This document shows, in pieces, positions 51,901 to 60,863 of a stretch of 64,000 bases of DNA. The translations under genes were made by a program, and so were the position numbers. Origin of the DNA: Desulfosudaceae bacterium (lineage in GTDB: Bacteria; Desulfobacterota; Desulfobacteria; Desulfobacterales; Desulfosudaceae); NCBI GenBank assembly GCA_963674745.2, contig CAXXDV010000001.1, forward strand, positions 1,632,001 to 1,696,000, read 5' to 3'. The first letter of the stretch is position 1; every line of letters starts with the position of its first letter. Below the pieces are notes generated by a model. It searched no databases. It saw only the letters and a list, made by a program, of their open reading frames with translations, and was not told the origin of the DNA.

Positions 51901-52291
51901 CAGAAAAAGAGGCGTTTCGCTTGCAAACAGCATCACGCCGCATTATGGTATGGAATCAACGGATCTGCTGTCGTCCCTGAATTCCGTTGCCGGCGTGGAT
52001 TTTGTAAAATACGCGCCCAATGGCACGTCGACAACGTTTACGATTGATTCGGCACTGTTCCAGGGCCATGCCGGTGTTAAAAATTTGGCCGGCATATTCA
52101 GCACGTATTTCCGGAAAGGCGGGATGCAGTTTCAACCCAACGTGATCGACAAAAAGATTTTGCTGGAAGCCTATGAGAACCCGGAAAAACACAAGTACCT
52201 TCTGGTTCGCGTGGCCGGTTACTGCGCTTATTTTAATGACCTTTCCGACGAGTTGAAGCAGATTATTATCAACAGGACCTGCTACTCATAA
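48962..52291 (+). CDS. Fused glycyl-radical activating enzyme (radical SAM) and glycyl radical enzyme (PFL-like)
   Basis: Residues about 20-275: [43 protein letters not shown]. Residues about 280-1109: [25 protein letters not shown] (C710), [27 protein letters not shown] (G1086). One uninterrupted frame. Confidence 0.93.
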   Translation: [1109 protein letters not shown]

Positions 52292-52302
52292 CAGCATCAA
52301 AA

Positions 52303-53004
52303 ATGAATAACGTGAATTTTCCCGGATTCGGGCCGGTTCCCACGCGGGCGCAATTCTGTCTGGCCGTGCTTGTCCGGGGAGGGGAATTCCGCAGCGCGGA
52401 TTTTGTCATCCCCATCCCGGACGGTGGTTTTTCAATCAGCGGCGGTGTCGCGGACAACCTGTTCGTCGCGCCCGAAGATGACAGCCACGGCATTTACGGC
52501 CATCCCCTGACCGTTCCGGGCGGCGTCACCGGTGTCGGTAAATTGTCCCGCGCCCTGGGGAACATGGGCACCGTCACGGCCCGGGTTCAGGCCGTAAAAC
52601 CCATGATCATTCATGATCTGCTGGCCTTTGATCTCACCCTTTTTTTACGTATTCAGGTTCGAAATACCTTTGTCGGCGGAGAATGCTTTATCGGTACGCC
52701 TGAAGAGCCCCTCTCGATTGGGGTTTACCGGGCTGATTGGGACCGGTATGTCCCCAAATTGAGTCGGGACGGCCTGCCGGATCATGTGATGGCCATTGGC
52801 AATATCCATCTGGCCGCTTCCAAATTCAAGGTGCCCGCCGCCACCGGTGCCGGGCCCAAGGGGGCCTTTAACACCCTTGTCAATTCCCGGGCCGGCCTGC
52901 CCAACAAAGGATCGACAACTTCCCTCAGGATCCAGGTCGAGGCTTTTCTGGCGCACAACCCGGATTACAGGGGAAAACCGTCGCCCGCGGCCGAAGACGG
53001 CTGA
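52303..53004 (+). CDS. Hypothetical beta-rich protein, probably co-transcribed with the GRE fusion
   Basis: 233-aa ORF starting 11 nt after the GRE stop; Gly/Pro-rich; no signal peptide. Confidence 0.7.
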   Translation: MNNVNFPGFGPVPTRAQFCLAVLVRGGEFRSADFVIPIPDGGFSISGGVADNLFVAPEDDSHGIYGHPLTVPGGVTGVGKLSRALGNMGTVTARVQAVKPMIIHDLLAFDLTLFLRIQVRNTFVGGECFIGTPEEPLSIGVYRADWDRYVPKLSRDGLPDHVMAIGNIHLAASKFKVPAATGAGPKGAFNTLVNSRAGLPNKGSTTSLRIQVEAFLAHNPDYRGKPSPAAEDG

Positions 53005-53197
53005 CAAAAAATAATCATTAAGATTTTTTTGATTCAAACGCTCCCAGAATTTTTACTGGGTTTGGTCTAGGGGACATGTTTTTTTATACGTTTTATGGCG
53101 GATAAAAGATTATTTCAGGGATGGGATAATGTTTCGAAGACCGGCTAAAGGCGCTTTCCTGTAGAGTGCTTTTTTCCGGCAGCATCACCCCGGACAA

Positions 53198-54169
53198 TTA
53201 TTTGTCACCGGTTTTTTCGATTCCCGGACTTTCTGTTCCCCGTGTATCCAGAAGCATTTTTATATCACTGATTTTATTTCTAGCGGCAATATAGCCTTCT
53301 TCGATAGCGTGTTCTACTTGATCATAGTCGAGCATTTTCAGGTCACCCAGGCGGGGTTCAATAAGAATGTCAGCCGGGTTGACGGCGAAATTGACCCGGG
53401 TGATTCTGTCCTGCATGATTTCTATGGCGGCGTGGATCACCTGGCGTGTACCGGGTGTTGATTGTCTGCTCTTTTTCTGGCTTTCCAGCCGCTCCCGGAT
53501 CATTTTTTCCGCAGCCTCATAGCGTGTGGCCAGGGTTTTTAGAAATTCGTTACGAGGTCGAGGCGGTTTTATTTCAACAGCGGTCTTGGCCGGTCGATGG
53601 CGCTTTCGGGAGACCAGTCCGGAATTTAAGTTGACGGCGATCACAATGTCAGCGCCCATGGCCCGAGCCACACCGACAGGTACCGGGTCAACCAGGCCGC
53701 CGTCAAGGAGCCATCCGCCCTTGTGGTTTACCGGTGCAAAAAGGCCGGGATAAGACATGGACGCCCGCAGTGCCTTGAGCAAATCCCCGGAATCAAGAAC
53801 CACCTGTCCGCCGGAGTACATGTCCGTGGCCGTGACCTTCAGGGGGAGATCCAGTTCGGAAAAATTCTTTTTATCGCTGTGCATGCAAAAGAGTTCCCGA
53901 AGCTTTTTGTCGCCATCGATCAGCCCCGAACGTAACAGCGTCAGGTCTGAAAAGGAAAACATGCTTTCGCCGTCCATATGGATGACATATTCTTTTAATC
54001 GTTCCAGGCCGCCGCTGGCAAAAACCGCCCCCACAAAAGCGCCGACACTGCATCCGGCTACGCAGTGAATGGGTATGTCCGCCTCCTGCAGGGCCTCAAT
54101 GGCCCCGATATGCGCCCAGCCGCGGGATGAACCGCTTCCCAGGACAAGCCCTGTTGTGGTTTTATTCAT
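53198..54169 (-). CDS. Patatin-like phospholipase (RssA/NTE family)
   Basis: GSGSSRGWAHIG, GCSVG nucleophile, DGG motif. Confidence 0.92.
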   Translation of the reverse strand: MNKTTTGLVLGSGSSRGWAHIGAIEALQEADIPIHCVAGCSVGAFVGAVFASGGLERLKEYVIHMDGESMFSFSDLTLLRSGLIDGDKKLRELFCMHSDKKNFSELDLPLKVTATDMYSGGQVVLDSGDLLKALRASMSYPGLFAPVNHKGGWLLDGGLVDPVPVGVARAMGADIVIAVNLNSGLVSRKRHRPAKTAVEIKPPRPRNEFLKTLATRYEAAEKMIRERLESQKKSRQSTPGTRQVIHAAIEIMQDRITRVNFAVNPADILIEPRLGDLKMLDYDQVEHAIEEGYIAARNKISDIKMLLDTRGTESPGIEKTGDK

Positions 54170-54236
54170 AGTTGTTTCTCCTGATCAATTGGAAAGACGG
54201 CGTTTATGTTTGTTTTGAATATCATTATAACACCGC

Positions 54237-56615
54237 TTATTCTTTTTTTTCCGTCAGGCCCCCTATAGCCATCAGGTTCTCCCGGAAGACGTCAAAAATG
54301 TTGTTCATTCCTCCGGCCGCCGCAAAGCGTAGAACGCCGTTTGTGTCGACAACGTATGTGCTGGGCAGTTTTCGTGTAGAAAAGACACCCATGGAAATCT
54401 GATCCCTGTCGATATGGATCGGCCCCTTAAAAGGCAGGTTGTCAGCCAGTGCTTTTGATGAATCTTTGTCCCTGTCAACGATGAACACCATAAACTCAAA
54501 ACCCCGGTCCCCGAATTCTTCCTTCAGCTGTTGCAGGCTTTGCAGTTCAAAATCCACCACAAGGTTATTTGACTTGCACAGGGTAATTACGGTTATGTTC
54601 CTGGAGATGCTTTGCCTGGTAATTTCCTGTCCATTCTGGTCGGTGAATGAAAAATTCATTACAGGCATCCCCACCGTGCCGCCAAGCGGGATGTTCTCAA
54701 CTTCCTCCGGAGAAACCCGCGGGGCCTGTACCGGCCCGTCAGAACAGCATCGAAAGCCGGTTACTTCATTTCTGACACCCGGCCCGAGGCCGTCTACGGC
54801 GAAACGACAGGAAGATTTCGGCCCCAGATAAAAATGCCCGCCAAGAAGAACAGGTGTCCCCTTTGCGGATACCGCCCATTCCGATAAATTCCCCGTAAGG
54901 TCGTAAACACCCTGGGCGGAAACACAACCCGGGTAAGCGCCTGTAACATCGATACTACCTTCTTCCTTTGACTCCGAATCATGACATCGACCGCCCATGT
55001 AATACGGTCCATAAGGAAACATCCAGCCTTCTATATCATCGTCGGTAAAATTTCCGTTTCCGTTATTATCCACGGCCGGGACTCCCGTACAGGCCGTCAC
55101 CCACTCCTCTTCGCTACAAAGTCGCTTGCCGGCTTTTTGACAGGCTTTTTGGGCCATTTTCCAGGAGGCATAAGCTGGCATGACATCCGGCAGGCTGACC
55201 GCGCGGCCCTGCCTGTCAATAGCCGCTTCGAAGGTGTCGATACGGAAGGGCTTTTCTGCCGTTCTCAATGGTATGTCGGCCGGCGTATGTTCGGTCGGGA
55301 CCACCGGGACCGTCATGGCAGCGCTTGTATCCGAAGCCCGGGCGAGGGCTTTTTGAATATAATATTCAAGGATCTCCACCCCCACGTTTCCGGAAATAAG
55401 ATACCCGTTAATATATGTTCTTGGTGTGCCGTTAATCTGTACCCGGTAGCCATCCAGGACGTCTGCGGCGATTTTTTTATCCGGCCTGTCGCTGTTCAGG
55501 CAGGCATTAAACTGTTCCCGGTCCAGGCCCAGGACGTCTACCATACTCGCCAGGTCCTTATCGCTGTGTCTGGAGGAAGACCCGCTAAAAAGATAATTGT
55601 GCGCTTCCCAGAATTTGCCCTGTTCCGAAGCGCAGACGGCCGCCTTGGAAGCCTTGCAGGCATTGGGGTGTGTTGTCCTGAACCGCGGATTGCATTCCTG
55701 GTCAAGTGGGAAGTGCTTGAAAACCCATCGGATGCGGCCTTCATATTTTTTTTCAAGAGGAGCGATTTCCCGGAAAAGCGACCTACAGTGGCTGCAATTA
55801 AAATCAGCAAATTGAACAATGGTTACAGGCGCATTCTCCGGGCCTTTTACATGATCTTTATCCGTTATGGAAAAATTCATGAAAGACATGCCATGGCCGG
55901 TTTTAACGGGAACGATGTCCGTTTCGGCCGTGGCTGTCTTTGTTTCTTTTGGCGCGATCTTCGTTTCCCGGGGCCCCTCGTGCTTTGGTGACGAAGGTCG
56001 TTTCGTCTGCGCCTCGGTTTTTTTTATATATTCTGCGATCATCCCGGATTTTATCCCGGCATAAAGTGTGTATACACCGCTGAACGAAACCCAGAAAGAA
56101 ACGATTATGGCTGTCAGCACCGGCCACGACCTAAAAATCCCGAGATATGTCGCCGGTTTTGAAACGGAACGCAAGGGCCGGGGCAGAGACAGGAACGCCG
56201 TGATGGTTACGGAAAAATTGACGACGTACATCAGTATGCAATAGGTACAGACCGCCTTGATCACAACAATCGAAATATATGCCAGGTAGACCGAATAAGC
56301 ACATGTTGCCAGGCCGATGCAGAAAAGGGCGGACAGGGCCTTCTCCCGTTGCCTGCTGACCGCCGCAGCCAGAACAGCCAGAAATATCATCGAGACATAG
56401 GTGGCAATTCCGAAAAGTGTTATCGGTATGCCCATTAATTCAGACTGATCGGATGTCTGAACCATGTCACAGTTGACCTGCGCACTGTAATTGCATCCGC
56501 TGATATAGTCCGGATGATATTGAAGCTGAAGCTTAACCATGGTGAGGTACCAGGCTGCTCCGATTCCTGCGACAAGCAAAACAATGACAATGCTGAGTGA
56601 TCGTATCTTCTTCAA
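54237..56615 (-). CDS. Multidomain protein: VKOR, DsbA-like thioredoxin, FGE-sulfatase-like domain, degenerate TlpA-like domain
   Basis: VKOR loop Cys pair and CTYC; FADFNCSHC...KHFPL...GTP; ACQKAGKRLCSEEEWVTAC, YDLTGNLSEW, TGFRCC; C-terminal LPSTYVVDTNGVLRF without CxxC; TTG start. Confidence 0.85.
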   Translation of the reverse strand: MKKIRSLSIVIVLLVAGIGAAWYLTMVKLQLQYHPDYISGCNYSAQVNCDMVQTSDQSELMGIPITLFGIATYVSMIFLAVLAAAVSRQREKALSALFCIGLATCAYSVYLAYISIVVIKAVCTYCILMYVVNFSVTITAFLSLPRPLRSVSKPATYLGIFRSWPVLTAIIVSFWVSFSGVYTLYAGIKSGMIAEYIKKTEAQTKRPSSPKHEGPRETKIAPKETKTATAETDIVPVKTGHGMSFMNFSITDKDHVKGPENAPVTIVQFADFNCSHCRSLFREIAPLEKKYEGRIRWVFKHFPLDQECNPRFRTTHPNACKASKAAVCASEQGKFWEAHNYLFSGSSSRHSDKDLASMVDVLGLDREQFNACLNSDRPDKKIAADVLDGYRVQINGTPRTYINGYLISGNVGVEILEYYIQKALARASDTSAAMTVPVVPTEHTPADIPLRTAEKPFRIDTFEAAIDRQGRAVSLPDVMPAYASWKMAQKACQKAGKRLCSEEEWVTACTGVPAVDNNGNGNFTDDDIEGWMFPYGPYYMGGRCHDSESKEEGSIDVTGAYPGCVSAQGVYDLTGNLSEWAVSAKGTPVLLGGHFYLGPKSSCRFAVDGLGPGVRNEVTGFRCCSDGPVQAPRVSPEEVENIPLGGTVGMPVMNFSFTDQNGQEITRQSISRNITVITLCKSNNLVVDFELQSLQQLKEEFGDRGFEFMVFIVDRDKDSSKALADNLPFKGPIHIDRDQISMGVFSTRKLPSTYVVDTNGVLRFAAAGGMNNIFDVFRENLMAIGGLTEKKE

Positions 56616-56678
56616 CTTTGAAATTAACCTTATCTTTTTTTATTCCGGAATAAGTCGTTTTGTCCGGTACTATATCAT

Positions 56679-57506
56679 TTAAAGCTTTTCACCACATCCC
56701 CGGCAGAACCCGGCATCAACCGGATGTCCTGTCAGGCCGCAGGCGGCGCACGAACGTGCTTCCGCGTCACTGTTGGCGGTGCGGGAAAGCTCGACCGTGA
56801 CAATCCCGGTCGGTACCGCGATAATGCCGTAACCCACAATCATTAAGAATGATGCCAGCGCTTTACCCAGGGGCGTCTGCGGGGATATGTCACCGTAACC
56901 GACGGTGGTCAGGGTCACAATGGCCCAGTATATACTGGTGGGAATATCGTTAAACCCGCTTTTTTCGCCTTCCAGAACATACATGACGGATCCGCAGATA
57001 ACGACAATGATCAGCACTGTAAAAATAAAGACGCCGATTTTTCGCCCGCTGGACCGCAAGGCGCCGATCAGCAGCCGGGCTTCCCGGGTATAAATGGTCA
57101 GCTTGAATACCCGGAAAACGCGCAGCAGGCGGAGTGTGCGGATGGTCAGCAGGGACTGGCTGCCGGGAATAAAGATGCTCAAATAGGTCGGCAGGATGGC
57201 CAGCAGATCAACCAGGCCGAAAAAACTGGTGGCATAAACCAGCGGTCGCCTGACGCTGACCAGTCGCAGGATGTATTCAATGGTGAACAGAACCGTAAAA
57301 AACCATTCAGCACCGTAAAGCAGTTCCCCGTAAACGGCGCGGACGGGCTGAACGCTTTCCAGGATGACGCAGGCCACGCTGATCACAATACTGCCGATCA
57401 GGATAACATCAAAGGTTTTGCCGGCCGGCGTGTCCGTGCCGAAAATGACTTCGTAAAGGTTTTCCCGCCAGGGCTGCTTAACCGGTCTGCGTGGCTTGTC
57501 AACCAT
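56679..57506 (-). CDS. Voltage-gated-type potassium channel (ion transporter)
   Basis: S4 RTLRLLRVFRVFKL; selectivity filter TTVGYGD. Confidence 0.93.
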   Translation of the reverse strand: MVDKPRRPVKQPWRENLYEVIFGTDTPAGKTFDVILIGSIVISVACVILESVQPVRAVYGELLYGAEWFFTVLFTIEYILRLVSVRRPLVYATSFFGLVDLLAILPTYLSIFIPGSQSLLTIRTLRLLRVFRVFKLTIYTREARLLIGALRSSGRKIGVFIFTVLIIVVICGSVMYVLEGEKSGFNDIPTSIYWAIVTLTTVGYGDISPQTPLGKALASFLMIVGYGIIAVPTGIVTVELSRTANSDAEARSCAACGLTGHPVDAGFCRGCGEKL

Positions 57507-57774
57507 TCTTCATTGCTCCTGACACGCTTTGAATTGTGTCGCGATCTGGTCGTATATACTCATTTATCGTTATTTTTCGAAATTTTTTCATGATCAGGCA
57601 ATAATGTCAAAGAATCAGGGCAAAATACCGATATTTTTCGGAGCGAAAAGCGCCCGTAAAAAATACTTGCTTTTTTTTCAAATTTCGAGATAAAATACTC
57701 TGTGCTTTCTGTTTTATGTTGTTAATTGGAGTTCCAGCAAATGCCGGCTGGACACATCAGTAAGAGGAGGGGGG

Positions 57775-58347
57775 ATGTCGTCCAAGAAATCATCACAGGA
57801 AGATTTTATTGATTTTTCAGACCTTGGTCTTGAATTGGACCAAGAGGTTGAAGATGTCGAAGAAGACCTGCTTGAAATCCAGGCTTTCCAGGCGGCCTCT
57901 GCCGATAGCGCCGAAGATCCCTTTATTATTTCCCCCAAGCCTCGCAATGAGCGGCGCAACTGGAAGCGATTTGCCATAGACGGCGCCTTTGCCATGGTCG
58001 TAAAGCCGCCCAAGCTCTCTTTTTTAAAACCCGTATATATCAAGCTCGGGCCGGTCAAGGATATCGGCATGAAAGGCCTGGCCATCCATTATGTGGAAAA
58101 AAGAATCGATGAGGAACCCAAATTTAAAAAAGCCCCTTATCTCTCTATTGTGCAAGCCGGAGGCCAGGTTATTGTTGATAAAATCCCTTTTACAATCGTG
58201 AACACCTTCAAGGTGGCCGATCTTCCGGGAGACAAGGAAATCTGGAACCTCTGTGTTTCGTTTAAAAAACTGCTTCCCATGCAGCGGGTTCAGATCGAAA
58301 AGTTTATCGAAAGGTATGGCGACGAGGTTAAAGCCAAATTGCCCTGA
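57775..58347 (+). CDS. PilZ-like domain protein with an acidic N-terminus
   Basis: ERRNWKRF and DIGMKGL motifs; SD GAGGAGG. Confidence 0.7.
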   Translation: MSSKKSSQEDFIDFSDLGLELDQEVEDVEEDLLEIQAFQAASADSAEDPFIISPKPRNERRNWKRFAIDGAFAMVVKPPKLSFLKPVYIKLGPVKDIGMKGLAIHYVEKRIDEEPKFKKAPYLSIVQAGGQVIVDKIPFTIVNTFKVADLPGDKEIWNLCVSFKKLLPMQRVQIEKFIERYGDEVKAKLP

Positions 58348-58428
58348 AAAAGCATCCGCATTTGATCCATCCCGTTAAACCGGTTTGCCCGCAGCTTTTT
58401 GCCATCATTAAAAATTGATAGTATACCT

Positions 58429-58673
58429 CGTCACCCCGGGCACCGGAGACTGTGTCGCAATTCAAAACAAGCCGGAAAAAGAGTGTTTTCCGGAATGGTT
58501 TTACCATTAAAATTCAAAGAAAGTTCGTTATACGACAAATTAGGAAGTCGCTTTTTTTGAATAAACAATTGTGACACAGTCTCACCGACCCGGGGTCCAG
58601 AAAAAATGAATCATATCAATTTTATACTGGATTCCGGCTCACGCTCCGCTTCGCTCCACTGGCCGGAATGACG
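58429..58673. repeat. CGTC-type REP doublet whose left hairpin is interrupted by a MITE
   Basis: CGTCACCCCGGGC[insertion]ACCCGGGGTCCAG ... CTGGATTCCGGC...GCCGGAATGACG. Confidence 0.7.
58446..58583. mobile_element. 138-bp MITE with 17-bp terminal inverted repeats and a 4-bp target duplication
   Basis: GAGACTGTGTCGCAATT ... AATTGTGACACAGTCTC (16/17 match); ACCG duplicated at 58442-58445 and 58584-58587; no ORF inside. Confidence 0.85.
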
Positions 58674-58752
58674 AGTTTTTGTAGTACAGGCTGTGAAGCT
58701 TTCCGCCACATACTGTTCGACCGAAGGTAAATTTTTCGATCTGGATGTGTCC

Positions 58753-59985
58753 TTAATAAAAAAACAGATAAGACATGGTAATGGCGGCAATGATACCGGC
58801 ACAATCCGCAATCAGGCCGCAGGTAACGGCATAACGGGTATTTTTGATGCCTACCGAACCGAAATATACAGCGATGATGTAAAAGGTTGTGTCGGTTGCC
58901 CCCTGAACGGTTGAGGCCACCCGGCCCACAAAAGAGTCGGCCCCGTAAGTGGTCATGGCCTCGACCATCATGCCGCGGGCGCCGCTGCCGCTCAAGGGCT
59001 TCATCATGGCGGTCGGCAGGGCGCCGGCAAAATCAGTGTTCAGGTGCAATAAACCCAGCAGGCGGCTGATGCCGTTCACCAAAAAGTCCATGGCGCCCGA
59101 AGCGCGAAACACACCGATGGCCACCAGGATGGCGATCAGGTAAGGAATGATGGTGACGGCTGTTTTGAACCCGTCTTTGGCACCTTCGATAAACGCCTCG
59201 TAAACATTGACCCTGCGGCAGGCTGCCAGCGTGATAAAACTGATGATAATGGAAAGCAGGATGAAGTTGCTGGCAACCGAACTGTATAACTGGATCTGTT
59301 CCTGGGTCAGGGTGCTCAGATAGGCAATCAGGAGCAGGATAACGGCTGTTATGCCGAACAGATAAGCGAAAATGACACGGTCAAACAGATTGATGCGCTG
59401 ATAGATGGATACGCTGATAACACCGGCCAGGGTCGAGAAAAAGGTCGCCAGCAGAATGGGAATAAAAATATCGGACGGATCGGCCGCACCCAGCTGCGCC
59501 CGGTAAACCATAATGCTGATGGGAATCAGGGTCAGGCCGCTGGTATTAAGCACCAGAAACATGATCATGGCATTGGTGGCCGTGTCTTTTTCCGGGTTGT
59601 CCTCTTGAAGTTCCTTCATGGCTTTCAGGCCGACAGGTGTGGCGGCATTGTCCAGCCCCAGCATGTTGGCGGCCACATTCATCATCATGGCGCCGATGGC
59701 CGGGTGGTCCTTGCGTAACTCGGGGAAAAGTTTATGGAAAAACGGTCCAATAACCCGGCTCATGAGTTTGATTACCCCGCCTTTTTCGCCCACTTTCATG
59801 ATGCCCAGCCAGAGCGTCAAGACCCCGGTCAGGCCCAGTGATATTTCAAAACCGGTTTTGGCCATGTCAAAGGAGGCGTTTACCAGGTGGGAGAATACAT
59901 CGTAATCACCACCGACAAAAAATTGCATAATAGATGCAATAAATGCCGTGAAAAAAAAGGCGATAAAGATATAGTTTAATGCCAT
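58753..59985 (-). CDS. SpmA/SpmB fused nucleoside-recognition (gate) domain membrane protein
   Basis: ANMLGLDNAATPVGLKAMKELQ, FLVLNTS, FIEGAKDGF, KPLSGSGA, TDTTFYIIAVYFGSVGI; TAATG overlap with the upstream gene. Confidence 0.9.
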   Translation of the reverse strand: MALNYIFIAFFFTAFIASIMQFFVGGDYDVFSHLVNASFDMAKTGFEISLGLTGVLTLWLGIMKVGEKGGVIKLMSRVIGPFFHKLFPELRKDHPAIGAMMMNVAANMLGLDNAATPVGLKAMKELQEDNPEKDTATNAMIMFLVLNTSGLTLIPISIMVYRAQLGAADPSDIFIPILLATFFSTLAGVISVSIYQRINLFDRVIFAYLFGITAVILLLIAYLSTLTQEQIQLYSSVASNFILLSIIISFITLAACRRVNVYEAFIEGAKDGFKTAVTIIPYLIAILVAIGVFRASGAMDFLVNGISRLLGLLHLNTDFAGALPTAMMKPLSGSGARGMMVEAMTTYGADSFVGRVASTVQGATDTTFYIIAVYFGSVGIKNTRYAVTCGLIADCAGIIAAITMSYLFFY

Positions 59986-60848
59986 TACGGCTTTTTCCCC
60001 ATTCCCAGCTTGTCCGCCAGATAAAAGACGACCCAGGCCCCGCACAGATCACAATCCGCGTCATTGCCGTAACAGCAGAAGGGGGTTACAAAATGATCGC
60101 CTTCCAGGTAGAGTGGCAAAACAAACTGTTTGGCCGGACAATTGTCGGTAATGGCCTTGGCATTTTCAGACCGGGTCAACGCCAGTGTCCGGTCGGAGTT
60201 CCATATAAATTCAGGGTATTTATTCTTTAACCGGATGGCTTCGGAAACGGCTTTGTCCCTGCGCTCCAGCGACCCCCAGGTAAGATCTGAATGGTCTTCC
60301 CTGTTGGGGACATAAAAAGAAAAGGTCATGCCTTCAAGTCGTGTTGGCAACAACAGCTCGACCAACTCTTCAAGGTAATCCTCGTTTGCCCTGGTGACCA
60401 CGCACTGGCACATGATCGTTGACCCGAAATTTTCCGGCACCCGGGAAAGTGTGCGCATGATTTTGTCAAAAGTCCCCTTTCCCCGGATGTCGTCGTTAAT
60501 TTCAGGCGGACCGTCAATGGAAATGACATAGATACAGCCGGGAAAATCGATCAGGTCAAGGGTGCCGTTGGTGGTGATGTGGTTTTTATTAAAGAATTTA
60601 ACGCCCTCCCGAAGCACATCCGGGCGCAGCAGTGGCTCGCCACCCATCCAGAGCATGGTGTGAATATAATGTTTCTGCTGCAGGGCCTTGAGGGTTTCCA
60701 GCATGGTGGCCGTGTCCATTTCGTTTTTCTGATCGTTGGGGTTTCCGTCTCGAAAAACAAAACAGTGCCGGCAGCGCAACGTGCATTTGTTGGTGATATT
60801 GACCATTGCCGCCGGAAAGAACTGTTGTGCGGAATCTTGCGTATCCAT
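59985..60848 (-). CDS. Radical SAM protein with a C-terminal Cys cluster
   Basis: CTLRCRHC, GGEPLLR, TNGT, ISIDG; C-terminal CP...CCYG...CDLC. Confidence 0.9.
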   Translation of the reverse strand: MDTQDSAQQFFPAAMVNITNKCTLRCRHCFVFRDGNPNDQKNEMDTATMLETLKALQQKHYIHTMLWMGGEPLLRPDVLREGVKFFNKNHITTNGTLDLIDFPGCIYVISIDGPPEINDDIRGKGTFDKIMRTLSRVPENFGSTIMCQCVVTRANEDYLEELVELLLPTRLEGMTFSFYVPNREDHSDLTWGSLERRDKAVSEAIRLKNKYPEFIWNSDRTLALTRSENAKAITDNCPAKQFVLPLYLEGDHFVTPFCCYGNDADCDLCGAWVVFYLADKLGMGKKP

Positions 60849-60863
60849 TGCCGACTCCCTTAT

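Noticed and set aside
48962..52291. Calling the GRE pyruvate formate-lyase or alkyl/benzylsuccinate synthase
   Set aside because: Single-Cys GCVEP loop rather than the PFL CC motif; no small Fe-S subunit genes and no ferredoxin insert in the activase
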